DNA of 64,000 nucleotides, taken from the NCBI GenBank assembly GCA_041740315.1, contig JBGSMF010000337.1, forward strand, positions 5,961 to 69,960, in the 5' to 3' direction. The translations under genes and the position numbers were made by a program. This stretch comes from Thermoflexales bacterium (lineage in GTDB: Bacteria > Chloroflexota > Anaerolineae > Fen-1058). This document shows positions 26,352-38,700 of this stretch, in pieces. Below the pieces are notes generated by a model that was not told where the DNA came from, did not search any database, and saw nothing but the letters and a program-made list of their open reading frames with translations. Position 1 is the first letter of the stretch; each line of letters starts with the position of its first letter.

Positions 26352-27425
26352 ATGGATAATTTTGCTTTCATCATTCACCCTATTGACCCCAAGCGTGATG
26401 TAGAGCGCAAGTATCCTTTGCTGGGCAAGGTATTGCCCACGCCGCTCGTCAATCTATTCTCAGGATACTGGCCGCCGGTCTACATTTCGCACATTACGGG
26501 CGTCCAATCGGCGGCTACAGGCAAAGAAATTGAAGGCTGGTTTGTAGCCTGCCCCTACACACCACAGCGAATGTTGACGCTGCCCATACAAAAGGTGTAC
26601 AACAAAATTATTCAGACCGGCCGGCTGGCTGAAAAGCTCGGCGCCAAACTGCTTGGTTTGGGCGCCTTTACATCGGTAGTGGGTGATGGCGGTGTGACAA
26701 TCAGCCGAGGCCTGACTATCCCAGTGACCACCGGCGACAGCTATACAGTGGCTGTGGCAGTGATGGCGGCCAAAGCTGCCGCCTGCCAAATGGGTATCGA
26801 GTTGCGCGCTGCCACGGCGGCTGTGGTAGGGGCGTCGGGAGCCATTGGGTCGGTGTGCGCAGAACTGCTGGCCGCTGATGTGCATGACATGGTTCTGATT
26901 GGCCGCCGCTTGGAGCGGCTAGAGCAGGTCAAAGCCAAGGTAGAGGCGGCGGGCGCGCGGGCGCGGCTGACCACCGACATGATGGCGTTGCGTCAGGCCG
27001 ATTTGGTCATCACCGTCACCAATGCGCTAGAGGCGATCATTGCGCCACAGCATCTCAAGTCTGGCGCAGTGGTCTGCGATGTGGCCCGCCCGCGCGATGT
27101 GGCGCGCTCGGTGGCCTGCGAACGAGCGGATGTGTTGGTTATTGAGGGGGGAATGGTTCAGGCCCCTGGCGAGGTGGACTATGGCTTTAACTTTGGCTTT
27201 CCACCTCGCATGGCCTATGCGTGTATGGCCGAAACGATGACCCTGGCATTAGAGGGCCGGTTCGAAAGCTATACGATGGGCAAGCACATAAAGATCGAAA
27301 AGGTGCGAGAAATCACTGCCATGGCGCAGAAACATGGCTTTCAATTGGGCGGCTTGAGAAGCTTTGAACGGGCAGTGACAGACGAGCAGATCGAGCAAGT
27401 CCGGCTCAAGGCCCGGCGCACCTGA
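26352..27425 (+). CDS. Acyl-ACP reductase (AAR)-like NAD(P)-dependent oxidoreductase
   Basis: 357 aa. Alignable by eye, from recalled sequence, to cyanobacterial AAR: FAFIIHP, GLGAFTSVV, VVGASGAIGSVCA (Rossmann), YACMAETMTLALEG (catalytic Cys context), IKIEKVREITAMAQKHGFQ. Confidence 0.6.
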   Translation: MDNFAFIIHPIDPKRDVERKYPLLGKVLPTPLVNLFSGYWPPVYISHITGVQSAATGKEIEGWFVACPYTPQRMLTLPIQKVYNKIIQTGRLAEKLGAKLLGLGAFTSVVGDGGVTISRGLTIPVTTGDSYTVAVAVMAAKAAACQMGIELRAATAAVVGASGAIGSVCAELLAADVHDMVLIGRRLERLEQVKAKVEAAGARARLTTDMMALRQADLVITVTNALEAIIAPQHLKSGAVVCDVARPRDVARSVACERADVLVIEGGMVQAPGEVDYGFNFGFPPRMAYACMAETMTLALEGRFESYTMGKHIKIEKVREITAMAQKHGFQLGGLRSFERAVTDEQIEQVRLKARRT

Positions 27426-27563
27426 TCGCGGTGTGGTTGTGGGGCAGCCCGCGGGCTGCATAAGTAACATTAGCAACATAAACAAATAAGAATTGAATTG
27501 GGCTTCCAAGAGAGAAAATAACTTGTCTGCACAGGCAAGCCAAATGTTCGACGGAGGTTGATT

Positions 27564-28454
27564 ATGAGTAAAGGTCGCATCCTGGTCGTGGAAGACGACG
27601 TAGACATCTCCAATATGCTGCGCATCTACTTTTCTTCGCAAGGCTACGAGACAACCGTAGCCGGGCGCGGGCGCGAAGCACTCGACAGGTGCAAGCAGCA
27701 ACTCCCGCATGTCATTGTGCTGGACATTATGCTGCCAGACATTGACGGCTACGAAGTGTGCACCCAACTGCGCACCAACCTGAGGACCAGCCACATCCCC
27801 ATCATTTTCTTGACCCAGAAGGATGAGCGATCCGACAAGATTGCCGGGCTGGAGCTGGGCGCAGACGATTACATCACCAAGCCGTTTGACATCGAGGAGC
27901 TGCGGCTGCGCGTGCAGGGGGCCATCCGCCGCGCCGAGCGCGAAAGCTTGACCAACCCCACCACAGGGTTGCCGAGCGGCAAGCTCATCGAAGAGCAATT
28001 GCGTTTGTTGATGCGCAAAAAAGGCTGGGGGCTGTTGTATGCAGGCATCAGTAACCTCGGATCGTTCAATGACAAGTACGGCTTTGTGGCGGGTGATGAA
28101 GTCTTGCGCTTTACGGCTTTGCTGATGGGCGAAACGGTAGATCAGCTTGGCACCCCAGAGGACTTTATCGGCCATATTGGGGGCGATAATTTCCTTATCA
28201 TCACACCCATTGAACGAGTCAATCAAATAGCCGACGCATTGTCCAAACGCTTTAACGCAGAGGTGGGCACCCACTATGATTTCAAAGATCGCCAGAGTGG
28301 GGTCTTGACCTTTAATGGCAAGCAGCACCCGTTCATGAGCATGGCCATAGGCATTGTAACCTCTGAGGGGCAGCAGTTCTCTGATATTCGCGAGATCACT
28401 GAGGTGGCTGCCGATGCGCGCCGTCTGGCGGGCCAGCCCGCAGAGCAGAAATAA
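27564..28454 (+). CDS. Response regulator: receiver + degenerate GGDEF domain (GGDNF)
   Basis: ILVVEDDVDISNML...DIMLPDIDGYEV receiver; GGDEF fold with HIGGDNFLI in place of GG(D/E)EF and no RxxD I-site. Confidence 0.8.
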   Translation: MSKGRILVVEDDVDISNMLRIYFSSQGYETTVAGRGREALDRCKQQLPHVIVLDIMLPDIDGYEVCTQLRTNLRTSHIPIIFLTQKDERSDKIAGLELGADDYITKPFDIEELRLRVQGAIRRAERESLTNPTTGLPSGKLIEEQLRLLMRKKGWGLLYAGISNLGSFNDKYGFVAGDEVLRFTALLMGETVDQLGTPEDFIGHIGGDNFLIITPIERVNQIADALSKRFNAEVGTHYDFKDRQSGVLTFNGKQHPFMSMAIGIVTSEGQQFSDIREITEVAADARRLAGQPAEQK

Positions 28455-28475
28455 AGCTATGCTTTCAGGCTGCCA

Positions 28476-29720
28476 ATGTCATGCAAGAGTAGCCAGGAGT
28501 CTGCGGTGAACAATCTAGGGCACAAGTGGCTGGTAATTTTCCTGATCGTTGGCCTGGTGGCAGCGAGCTGCTTGCCTGCCTGCAGCGCGCAACAGTCTAC
28601 GCTCAAGATTGTGATCAGCGCGCCGCTGCAAGGCGTGGCGGGGGGCAAGTCGGTTGTAGAGGCAATCGAACTGGCGCTGGCAGAAGAAAATGGGCAGATT
28701 GCGGGCCACTCCATCGAACTGCTCAAGCTGGATGACGGCAATGAGAAAGGGCAGTGGCAGGCCGATTTGGAAAAAGCCAATGTCACGAAAGCCATAACAG
28801 ATTCTGCGGTGATTGCGTATATCGGCCCGCTCAATTCTGGCGCGGCCCAGATTAGCATTCCTGAGGCCAGTCGAGCTGGGTTATTGCAGATTAGCCCCGG
28901 CGCAACATGGCCTGGCCTGACCAAGGTGGGATTTTTGCCCGGCGAGCCGGCCAAGTTTTACCCCACCGGCCAACGCAACTTTTATCGCACCTGCCCCACC
29001 GATGATGTGCAGGCGCTGGCGGCTGTGCGCTGGGCCAGGGAATTGGGGTTTGAGGGTGTTTATATTATTGACGATGGCGAGCCTGAGGGGAAGGGCATGG
29101 CCTATCTGTTTGAGCAGCGCGCCCAGGCTTTTGGCCTGAAAATAAGCGGGCACGAAACGATTAACAAGACCGCGACCGATTTCATTGTCACAATGTCGAA
29201 CTTGTGGCGCTGGAAGCCCGATGTGGTTTACTTTAGCGGCTATGCCCCCAATGGGGTCGTTCCATTGCTCAAGCAGATGCGCACGGTCAAGCCTTCCATC
29301 ACGGCCGCTTTTATGACGACAAATGCAGCGATAGACGACGCTTTTTTGCAAGGAGCGGGCGCGCTGGCCGAAGGCTCGTATGCCACTCTGGCTGGTATGC
29401 CTCCCAGTCAATTGAGCGGCGATGGGCAGGCGTTTGTGCGAGCCTACACGGCCAGATACGGCCACGAGCCAGAAGCCGTGGCCGCGTATGCCTATGATGC
29501 GGCCAAGGCCGTCATTGAGGCGCTCAAGAACGCCAAGACCAAAGACCGCACCGGCGTACTGCAAGCTATGGCCTCACTGGCCTCGCTGCCACCCATTAAG
29601 GGAGCAATGGGGGAGTTTAGCTTTGATCAAAATGGCGATACCACGCTAATTCTGTTTAGTGGCGTCCAGGTCAAGGACGGCCAATTTCAATTTGTCAAAC
29701 CGTTGGATGTGAAGCAATAG
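28476..29720 (+). CDS. LivJ-like type I periplasmic binding protein (Peripla_BP_6), lipoprotein
   Basis: 414 aa; signal/lipobox (LPACS); IAYIGPLNSGAAQISIPEASRAGLLQISPGAT pattern. Confidence 0.7.
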   Translation: MSCKSSQESAVNNLGHKWLVIFLIVGLVAASCLPACSAQQSTLKIVISAPLQGVAGGKSVVEAIELALAEENGQIAGHSIELLKLDDGNEKGQWQADLEKANVTKAITDSAVIAYIGPLNSGAAQISIPEASRAGLLQISPGATWPGLTKVGFLPGEPAKFYPTGQRNFYRTCPTDDVQALAAVRWARELGFEGVYIIDDGEPEGKGMAYLFEQRAQAFGLKISGHETINKTATDFIVTMSNLWRWKPDVVYFSGYAPNGVVPLLKQMRTVKPSITAAFMTTNAAIDDAFLQGAGALAEGSYATLAGMPPSQLSGDGQAFVRAYTARYGHEPEAVAAYAYDAAKAVIEALKNAKTKDRTGVLQAMASLASLPPIKGAMGEFSFDQNGDTTLILFSGVQVKDGQFQFVKPLDVKQ

Positions 29721-29768
29721 GGCAAATCTTTGCCAGGGCAAATCTTTGCCGTATTGGGCAGTTAGATA

Positions 29769-32700
29769 ATGGCGACCAAGTCTGGTTCTAACCGACAACA
29801 CAAGACATTTCTGGGCCTCAAGCTGGGCTTGCCTTTCCTGCTGATGATTACCATCGTTGCAGCGGTGGTGGGCTTTATGATCTGGAATAGCTATCGGCTT
29901 CAGCGGCAGACGGCTATAGAGAGCCAACGCCAGGCGTCAATCCAGGCCAGTATCCAGGTGTCCAGCTATGTCAGCCAGTTCCAGTCCCAGCTGGATGATG
30001 CCGCCCGCGGCCTGACTTATGCCGGGGCCGACCCTGCCCAACAGCGCAATTTTCTCATTGCAGTGCGTGGAGTGCACAGCCATTTTTATGCCCTGGCGGT
30101 TACGGACCATTTGGGACAGGAAACAGCGCGGGTGGTGGGAACCGATCCAGAGTATCTAACCCCATTGCGCTCGCAAGGCGGCACGATTGCCGTAAACACG
30201 GCGCTCGAAGGTTCGTTTTACCTGGGGCGCGTTTATCTTGATAACGAGTTTAATGCGCCCTTTGTAGAGATGTCTGCGCCCATTCTAGATGCCAACGCGC
30301 AAGTGACGGGCACCTTGGTAGCCGAGGTTGACCTGGGAAACCTGTGGGACATTGTCAGTAAAATCCAGGTGGGGCGGAGCGGTGAGGTCTATCAGCGAGG
30401 GAAGAGTGGCTATGCCTATATTGTAGATGGCGAAGGCCGACTGATTGCCTACCGCGAGAACGAGTGGGTTGTTGGGTCGCAGGAAAAGCTGATAAAGCCT
30501 TTGCAACCTTACCTGACCTGGGTTGTGCAAAGTTATCTTAAAAAGCGGGCCGGCTATTTGGAGGATACCCAACGGGTTCTGGAAAGTTCGGTTGATGACA
30601 AGGACCAATTGCTCGGTGAAACGCCTGCTTTGATATGCTCGCTGCGCGAACCGCAGGAACTGGGCGAACGGTGCACTATTAATGTCTTGAGCTACTATCG
30701 CTCCATTCCAGGGACGGATTGGGCCGTAATTGTCGAGCAGCCAACCTCCGAGGTCTATGCCGACGTGGACACTTTGCAGTATTTGGCGCTGGGCCTGGGC
30801 GCAATTATCCTGGTCATTGTCATGGGCCTGGCCTGGTTTATTCAGCGCAACGTGTTGCGCCCCATCGGCTTGTTGGGCGAGGGAGCCTCGGCGTTGGCCA
30901 GCGGCCAGTTCTCGCGGCGCCTCAGAATCAGCACCGGCGATGAAATTGAAGCGCTGGCCGACGAGTTTAACGCCATGGCCGAAAGCCTGCAGCGCTCGCA
31001 ATCCCAATTGGAAGCCTTTGCGCTGGAAAAGAGCCAGCAAGCAGAGACGGCCCAGTCGCGCGTGCGCGAAATGACAATGCTGGTCGAATCTGGCCGGGCC
31101 ATTACCTCGCTCGACCTGGAAAACGTGCTCGACAGCCTGGCGTCTGAATCGGCCCGAGTGACCAAGGCCGACCAATGCTTGATTTATTTGAGAGACAAAC
31201 GCACCGGTGACCTGGTGGCGCGGGGGGTGTGGGGCATGGGCGAAGTAGAATATGCCGCTCCCCTCAAATGGGGCGAAAGCGCCGCCGGCTGGGTAGCCAG
31301 CGAGGGCAGAGAGTTGTTCTTGCCCAGCGTTCAATCCGACCGGCGTTTTGCGCCCAAGACTCCCACCGATCTTTTGTTGGGCAGCCTGCTGGCGCTGCCG
31401 CTGGTATCAGATGGGCAGGCGATTGGCGTTTTGCAAGTGGCAACTCGCACCGGCAAGGTCAAGCTTGCCGCCGAAGAAAAACGCCTGATCGAGCCGTTTG
31501 CGCGCCAGGCGGCGGTGGCCTATAAAAATTCGCAACTGTACGAGGAAGAGCGGCGGCGCGCGCGCGAGATGACGATTATTGCAGAAATTACGCGCACCAT
31601 CAGCGCCAGCCTCGACCCAGACAAGACGCTTGACCTCATTTTGCAATCGGTGCGCGAGTTGGTGCCTTATGACGCCGGCGAGGTCAACCTGTGGGATCCG
31701 CGCGCCAAGCTGCTCTACACACGTGGACGGGGCGGCAGCCGGGTAGAGCAGGTCTCGGCCGGTGTCTATGGGCTGGATGAGGGTTATACAGGCTGGATAG
31801 CTCGCAACCGCCAGCCTTTGCTGATTACAGATGTTCAGGCCAGAACAGAGGTTCTGCCCAAGATAGACTTGCAGCAGTTCCCGGTTCGCGCCTATGTTGG
31901 GGTGCCGCTGCTCATCGGCAATGAGTTGGTGGGCACTTTGGAGCTGTCCAGCTATCAGGCGGACGCTTTTAACGACCGGCATGTCGAGACGCTGCAAACC
32001 ATTGCCAGCCAAGCGGCCGTGACAATTCAGAACGCCCGCCTGTATGAAGAAACCCGCCGGGGCGCGGAAGAAATGGCGGCCCTGCGCGAGGCGGCGGTTG
32101 AGATCACCAGTCATCTCGAATCTGAACGCATCTTGATCGCCATTGTCCAGCGGGCCACAGCGCTGCTCAAGGGCCAAAGTGGCGCGCTGTACCGGGTGGA
32201 TGTTGACCGGCAAACCCTGACGGTGGTGGTTGGCTACAACATGCCCCGCGATGTTACCGGTTCAACCATCCGCTTTGGCGAGGGGCTGGCCGGGCGGGTG
32301 GCGCACAAACGCCAGCCGATGATTGTCAACGACTATCGCAACTGGGAAGGGCGCGCTTCTCGCTATGCCGACGATCCTTTTACGGCCGTGATTGGCGTGC
32401 CGCTGATTTGGCAAGACGAGCTGATTGGCGTGTTGGATGTTTTGGCCGATGTCGAGCAGCGCAAATTTGACGAAGACGATACTCGCCTGATTACCCTGTT
32501 TGCAGGCCAGGCCGCGGTGGCGCTGCAGAACGCTACTCTGTACGAGCAACTGATACGCCGCATGGAGGAAATGTCGGCCCTCCATGAGACGGCGGTGGAT
32601 ATTGCCAGCCAGCTTGATTCGGACCAGTTGCTAGAGACGATTGTTCGCCGGGCGGTGGATTTGCTGCACGCCAAGGGCGGCAGCCTGCACCGTTACAATC

Positions 32701-35700
32701 TTGCCGACCAGACGGCGCGCTTGATCATCAGCTACAACATGGGGCGAGACTATCGCGGCTTGGTCGTCAAAAAAGGTGAAGGGCTGGCCGGGCAGGTGTT
32801 GCAAACCGGGCAGCCGTTAATTGTCAACGATTACAAGAATTGGTCTGGCCGCTCGGCGCAGTTCGACCAAGCCAACTTTACGGCTGCCATGGGCGCTCCG
32901 CTGATCTGGCAGGATCGAATGTTAGGCATGTTGGTGGTAGTAGACGAGGCAGAGCGGCGCGTCTTTAATTTGAACGATCTGCGCTTGCTCACCTTGTTTG
33001 CCAGCCAGGCCGTGGTGGCGTTGCAAAACGCCGACCTGTTTGCCGAGGCCCAGCGCCGCCTCGTCGAGCTGGATACACTGGCCGATATTGGGCGCTTGTT
33101 TTCGTCTACGCTGGATATGGACGAGTTGATGGAGACTATCTATCGCCAATTGCAGCGCGTGATGGATGCCCCCAACTTTTACATTGCATTGTACGACCAC
33201 GACAAAAAAGAGACCAGCTTTGTCTTTGAGTTGGATGCGGGCAAGCGCGTTCCGCCCAACAAGCGGCAGGGCGTCTATGGGTTGTCGGAGCATGTGATTG
33301 CGACCCGCAACCCCCTTTTGGTGCGCGGCGATAGGGAAACCCTATTGCAGGGATTGAACATTGAATATGTTGGCCCCACCAGCCGCATTTGGATGGGCGC
33401 GCCGATGATTGCCGGGCAGCAAGTGATTGGCATGATGGCCGTGCAGCACTACCAGGATGCTTCCGTTTACGATGATCACCATCTGAGCTTGTTGGAAAGC
33501 ATTGCCAACCAGGCCGCCATTGCGCTAGAGAACGCTCGGCTGTTTGCCGAAACCGGCCGCCGCGTGACCGAGCTGGATACGCTGGCCGATATTGGGCGGG
33601 CGCTGTCGGCCACGCTAGAGGTGCATGGCCTGCTGGAAGTCATTGCCGAGCAGACAGCGCGCGTGATGTATGCCGGGAACTTGTATATTGCGCTGTATTA
33701 CCCCAAGACGGATGAGATTGAATTCGCGCTCGATACCCGCTCGGACATGCCGCGCACGGGGCGCCGGCGCAAGCTCATGCATGGAATGACCGAACAGGTC
33801 ATCCAGATACGCGCGCCGCTCTTTATGCGCGGCGATGTGTCTAAGCAGATGGCCGAACTGGGCATCGAAATGTTTGGCACGCCGGCCGCCGCCTGGATTG
33901 GAGTGCCCCTGTTGATTGGCGAGCGTGTGTTGGGGGTGCTCTCGGTGCAACACTATACTGATTCCGATGCTTATGATCAGGGGCATGTCTCGCTATTGCA
34001 ATCCATTGCCAACCAGGCGGCTATTGCGCTGGAAAATGCCCGGCTGTTTAGCGAGACTCAGCGCCGCTTGGCCGAGCTGGCTACCCTGACCGATATCGGC
34101 CAGGCCCTGTCGTCTACCTTGCAGGTTGATCAGTTGTTGCAGCTTATCTACGAGCAAACGCGGCGCGTGATGTATGCCGAAAAAATGTTTGTTGCGTTGT
34201 ACGATGCGGCCCGCCACGAGGTTGAATTTCCCTTTAGCCGAATTCCCGACGAGATTCCTCCCGGCTCGCGGCGGGCGGCTGATGTTGGCGTGACGGGGTA
34301 TATCATCCGAAATCGCAAATCTGTCTTGATGCGCTCAGACGCGGCCCTAGTGGCCGAGCAGATGGGCATCAAAGATTCGGGGCCGCCCTCTAGCTCGTGG
34401 CTGGGTGTGCCAATGCTGATAGGCGAGCGGATGTTGGGCGTGATTGCGGTGCAGCATTATACCGATCCCGATATGTACGACGAATCACACCGCGTGTTGC
34501 TAGAAACTATTGCCAGCCAGGCGGCCTTTGCCCTGGAGAACGCGCGCCTGTACCAGGTAACCGATGTGCGCTTGCAGCAGCGGGTAGATGAGCTGACCGG
34601 CTTGGCCAAGATCAGCCAGGAAATCAATGCCACCTTTGACGACAAACGCATCTTTGAGCTGGTGCTGGATGAAGCTGTGCGGGCCACCCGCGCTCAGTAT
34701 GGCACAATCCATTTGCTGGATGTTGGCACAGGCGATCTTGTCGTGGGCGCTGCCTTGGGCTACGAGCCAGAAGCGGCCGAGACGATTGCAGGCGCCCGGG
34801 CGCGCTATGGCGTGGGCATCATTGGCCGTGTGGTCGAAACCGGCAAGCCGGCCCTGGTGAACGATGTGAGCCAGGATCCCCATTACTTGCGCGTGCTGCC
34901 CGATAGCCAGTCGGAGCTGTGCGTGCCAATCAGCTATGCCGGCTCTGTGGTGGGCGCGATCAACCTGGAAAGCGCCGAGGCGGGCCACTTTACTTCCGAG
35001 CAGCTCGAGTATTTGCAAGCACTCGCTTCGCAAGCGGCCATCGCCATTGGCAATGCCCAGCGCTATGAGGAGCAAAAGCAGGCCGCTGTTTTGCTGCGCC
35101 GTCGCGCAGAGCAATTGGGCACCTTGTTCGAGATCAGCCAGGCTTTCCGCAGCGATCGGCCCCTAGAGGAAATTTTGGATGAGGTGGCGTATGCCATCCA
35201 GGAGGCGGTTGGTTTTGACATTGTGATGATTAGCGTGGTCGAAGGCGACCCGCCAACGCAGCGACGGGTGGCCGCCGCCGGCGTCCCCATCGCCGCGTTT
35301 GAGCAACTCAAGACCGTTCGCCAGCCATGGCGTTTCATCGAGGATTTATTGCGGGACGAGTTCCGAATCAGCCAGAGTTATTACGTCCCGGTGGAAAGAC
35401 GCGAGGCCCGGGCCGCGCTCGATGTGTATGACTCGTCTGGCAGCGATGCGCGCGCGCTGCGCGAACCTGGCCGCTGGCATCCGCATGACATGCTCTTTAT
35501 TCCATTGCGCGGCGCGCAGGAGCGCATCTTGGGCATGATGTCGGTTGATGCGCCCCGCGATGGCGCCGTGCCCAGCCGCGCCACCATTGAGACTTTGGAG
35601 GTGTTTGCTAACCAAGCGGCGGTCGCCATTGAAAATGCCCAGTTGTACGCCGATTTGCGGCAGCGCGTCAATGAATTGATGCTGTTCAATGAAGTCAGCC

Positions 35701-38700
35701 GCTCGATCAGCGGCAAACTAGAGATGGAGTCGCTGCTCGCCACATTGGTCGAAGCTGCCGCAGCCTTGCTGCACAGCAAGCACAGCACCATCTTTTTATT
35801 TGAAGAAGCTGAAAATGTCTTGGTGCCGCGCAAGGCCCATGGCTTTGCCCTCGAACAAATTGCCCACCTGCGCTTTGCCCCGGGCGAGGGGGTGGCGGGT
35901 TGGGTAGCAGCCGAGAAGCGTGGGGTGGTGGTGTCCGATGCGTCCAGCGATCCGCGCTTTGTGTACGATCCCACCGCTGCTGATGTACGCTCAATCGTGG
36001 CGGCTCCCTTGATGGTGGGAGAGAATGTCATCGGCGCGATTGCAGCGGATAAGGAAGAGGTGGGCGGGTTCACAGAAACGGATTTGGTTCTCCTTTCAAC
36101 CTTGGGCGATCAGGCCGCCATTGCCCTCGAAAATGCTCGCCTCTACCAAGAGACTCAGCAGCGGGTGAATGAGCTATCTTTGCTATACAAGACGGGCGAG
36201 GCGGTCTCGGCTACGCTGGAGATTGAAGGAACTCTTGACGTGGCGCTGGAGGGAGTTAGCGAGGGGCTAGACTTTGACTTTGTGGTGATCTCGCTGGTGG
36301 ATGAACGCGCGGGCGAAGTGAGGGCCGTCCGTGGCGTTGGTGTGTCAGAAGATCAGTTGCGCCAGGCCCGGCGTCGCTTGGACGACACAGATATTATGGC
36401 CGATATTATCCGCACCGGCAAAACAGAAGTGATTGAAGGCTGGGACGAGCGCTTTGACCGCGAGATGTTTGAGCGAGAAGGGCACGCCGCTTTGGTGCGG
36501 GTGTTCACCCCCCTGGTGGCGCACAACCACAATATTGGCCTGGTTGAGGCAGGCTATCGGCGCGAGCGGCGCGAGCGCGTGGCAGAACACGAAATTCGCC
36601 TGCTGCGCGCCTTGACCGACCGCATCGCGGCGGCTATCGAAAACGCCCAACTCTACAAAGAAACCCTGGATCGCACCAGAGAGTTGTCGGCCTTGCTCGA
36701 TGCCAGTTCGGCTATTGCGGCTTCACTTGAATTGACCGATGTGCTGACTGCGCTGGCAGACCACCTGACCCAGGTTGTGGGGGTTGAAGGCTGCACGCTC
36801 TCTCGGTGGGATCGCGACAAAAGAGGTGTGGTTACCCTGGTAGATCGTTCCGCCCACATGGCCGGGCCTGACGCAAGCGGCACACTCTATCGCCTGCAAG
36901 ACTATCCTCTCACGGCCCGCGTGCTCGAAGTTCGCCAGCCGGCCATTGTTTATGTGGATGACCCGCAGGCAGACCAGCGAGAGGTCGCATTTCTCAAGCA
37001 GGAAGGGTCCGAGGCGTTGCTCATGCTGCCGCTCGTCGCTCGCGACGAGGTGTTTGGCCTGATCGAGTTGTCTAGCAACGCGCCGGGCCATCGCTTCAGC
37101 GAGGCCAATATCCGCATGGCGCAGACCTTGGCCGACCAGGCCGGGGTGGCTATTTCGAACGCCGGACTATATGAAGAGATTCGCGGCTTTACCCAACAAC
37201 TGGAGCGGCGCGTGCAAGAGCGCACCGAGGATTTGCGTCAGGCGCTAGACCAGCTCACGGTGGAGCGCGACCGGGTGGAAACCCTGTTCCGCATCACCAG
37301 CGAACTGCAAGCCAGCCTCGACCTCGACCGCGTTCTCAACCGGGCGCTGACTTTGGTCAATGAGAACATACACGCCACCCGCGCCCAGGTCTTGTTGATA
37401 GACCAGCAAACCGATGCGCTGATTTGTCGCGCGGCGATTGACCCAGAGCGAACCATTCCACCCGGCGGCGCGCAGACGCTTCTCCGGCGCAACGAAGGGC
37501 TGGTAGGCTGGGCCATTCGCCGGCGCAAGTCGGCCATTGTGCCAGATGTGCATAAAGACCCCTACTGGGTGCGAGAAGAAGCTGGCCCCAGAGCCGAGGC
37601 CAGCTCGGCGCTGGTGGTGCCCTTGATGGTGGCCGACGACGTGCTGGGGACACTGTTGATGACTCACCCTGAACTGGCGCACTTTAATGAAGCGCACTTG
37701 CGGCTGGTTGAAGCCGCTGCGGCGCAGGTGGCTACGGCCATCAATAACTCGGAATTGTATCGCATGATCCGCGAATCAGCCGAGCGACTGGGACAGATGT
37801 TGCGCTCGCAGCAAGAGGAGGCTTCCAAGAGCCAGTCTATCTTGGAGGCGGTGGCCGATGGCGTGATGGTGGCCGACCGCCGTGGTCGGGTGATCTTGTT
37901 CAATGCAGCCGCCGAGCGCATTTTGAGCTTGAAGCGCGACGAGCTGGTGGGGCGTCCCACCGATGACTTGTTGGGATTGTATGGCGCGGCTGGCGGCGCT
38001 TGGGCCAACGTGTTGCGTGACTGGTCAACTTCGGCCAGGACCCGCACAGAAATGCCTTCTTTGGAGCAGCGCTTGCAGATTGAAGACCGCCACGTGCGCG
38101 TCCACGTGGCGCCGGTGATGATGGGCGATGAGTATTTGGGCACGGTCTCGGTCTTTCGTGATGTGACCAAAGAAGTGGAAGTTGATCGCGCCAAGAGCGA
38201 CTTTGTCTCCACTGTGTCACACGAACTGCGCACGCCGATGACTTCTATTAAAGGCTATGCGGATTTGCTGATGTTGGGAGCCGCCGGCGCAATGTCAGAT
38301 GACCAGCGGCACTTTTTGAACATCATTAAATCTAATGCCGACCGTTTGTCGGAGCTGGTCAGAGACCTGCTAAACATCTCGCGCATCGAGTCGGGCCGCG
38401 TCGAGTTGGATATCAAGCCGTTGCGCCTGGATGCATTGATTGACCAGGTGGTGACAAGCCTGCGTGGCAAGATGGAAGAAAAAGGTCTGTCGCTTTCGGT
38501 TGATGTGCCGCCAGATTTGCCGGCCGTCAATGGAGACAACGATCGCGTCATTCAAATTTTGACCAACCTGGTGAGCAATGCCTATCAATATACTCAGCCC
38601 GGGGGAGCAATCACCGTGGCGGCTCGAGTGGCCGGTGATATGGTGCAGACTGATGTTATTGACACCGGCGTTGGCATTGCGCCGGAGGACCAGGCCAAAG

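Noticed and set aside
27249-28328. 359-aa minus-strand ORF
   Set aside because: It is antisense to the AAR-like gene end and the REC-GGDEF gene. It is low-complexity and has no motifs, while the plus-strand genes are well supported.
30285-31334. 349-aa minus-strand ORF, plus many other 60-270-aa ORFs inside 29769-38873
   Set aside because: All lie inside the uninterrupted 3034-aa kinase ORF, whose domain periodicity is unambiguous. They are GC-driven shadow ORFs.
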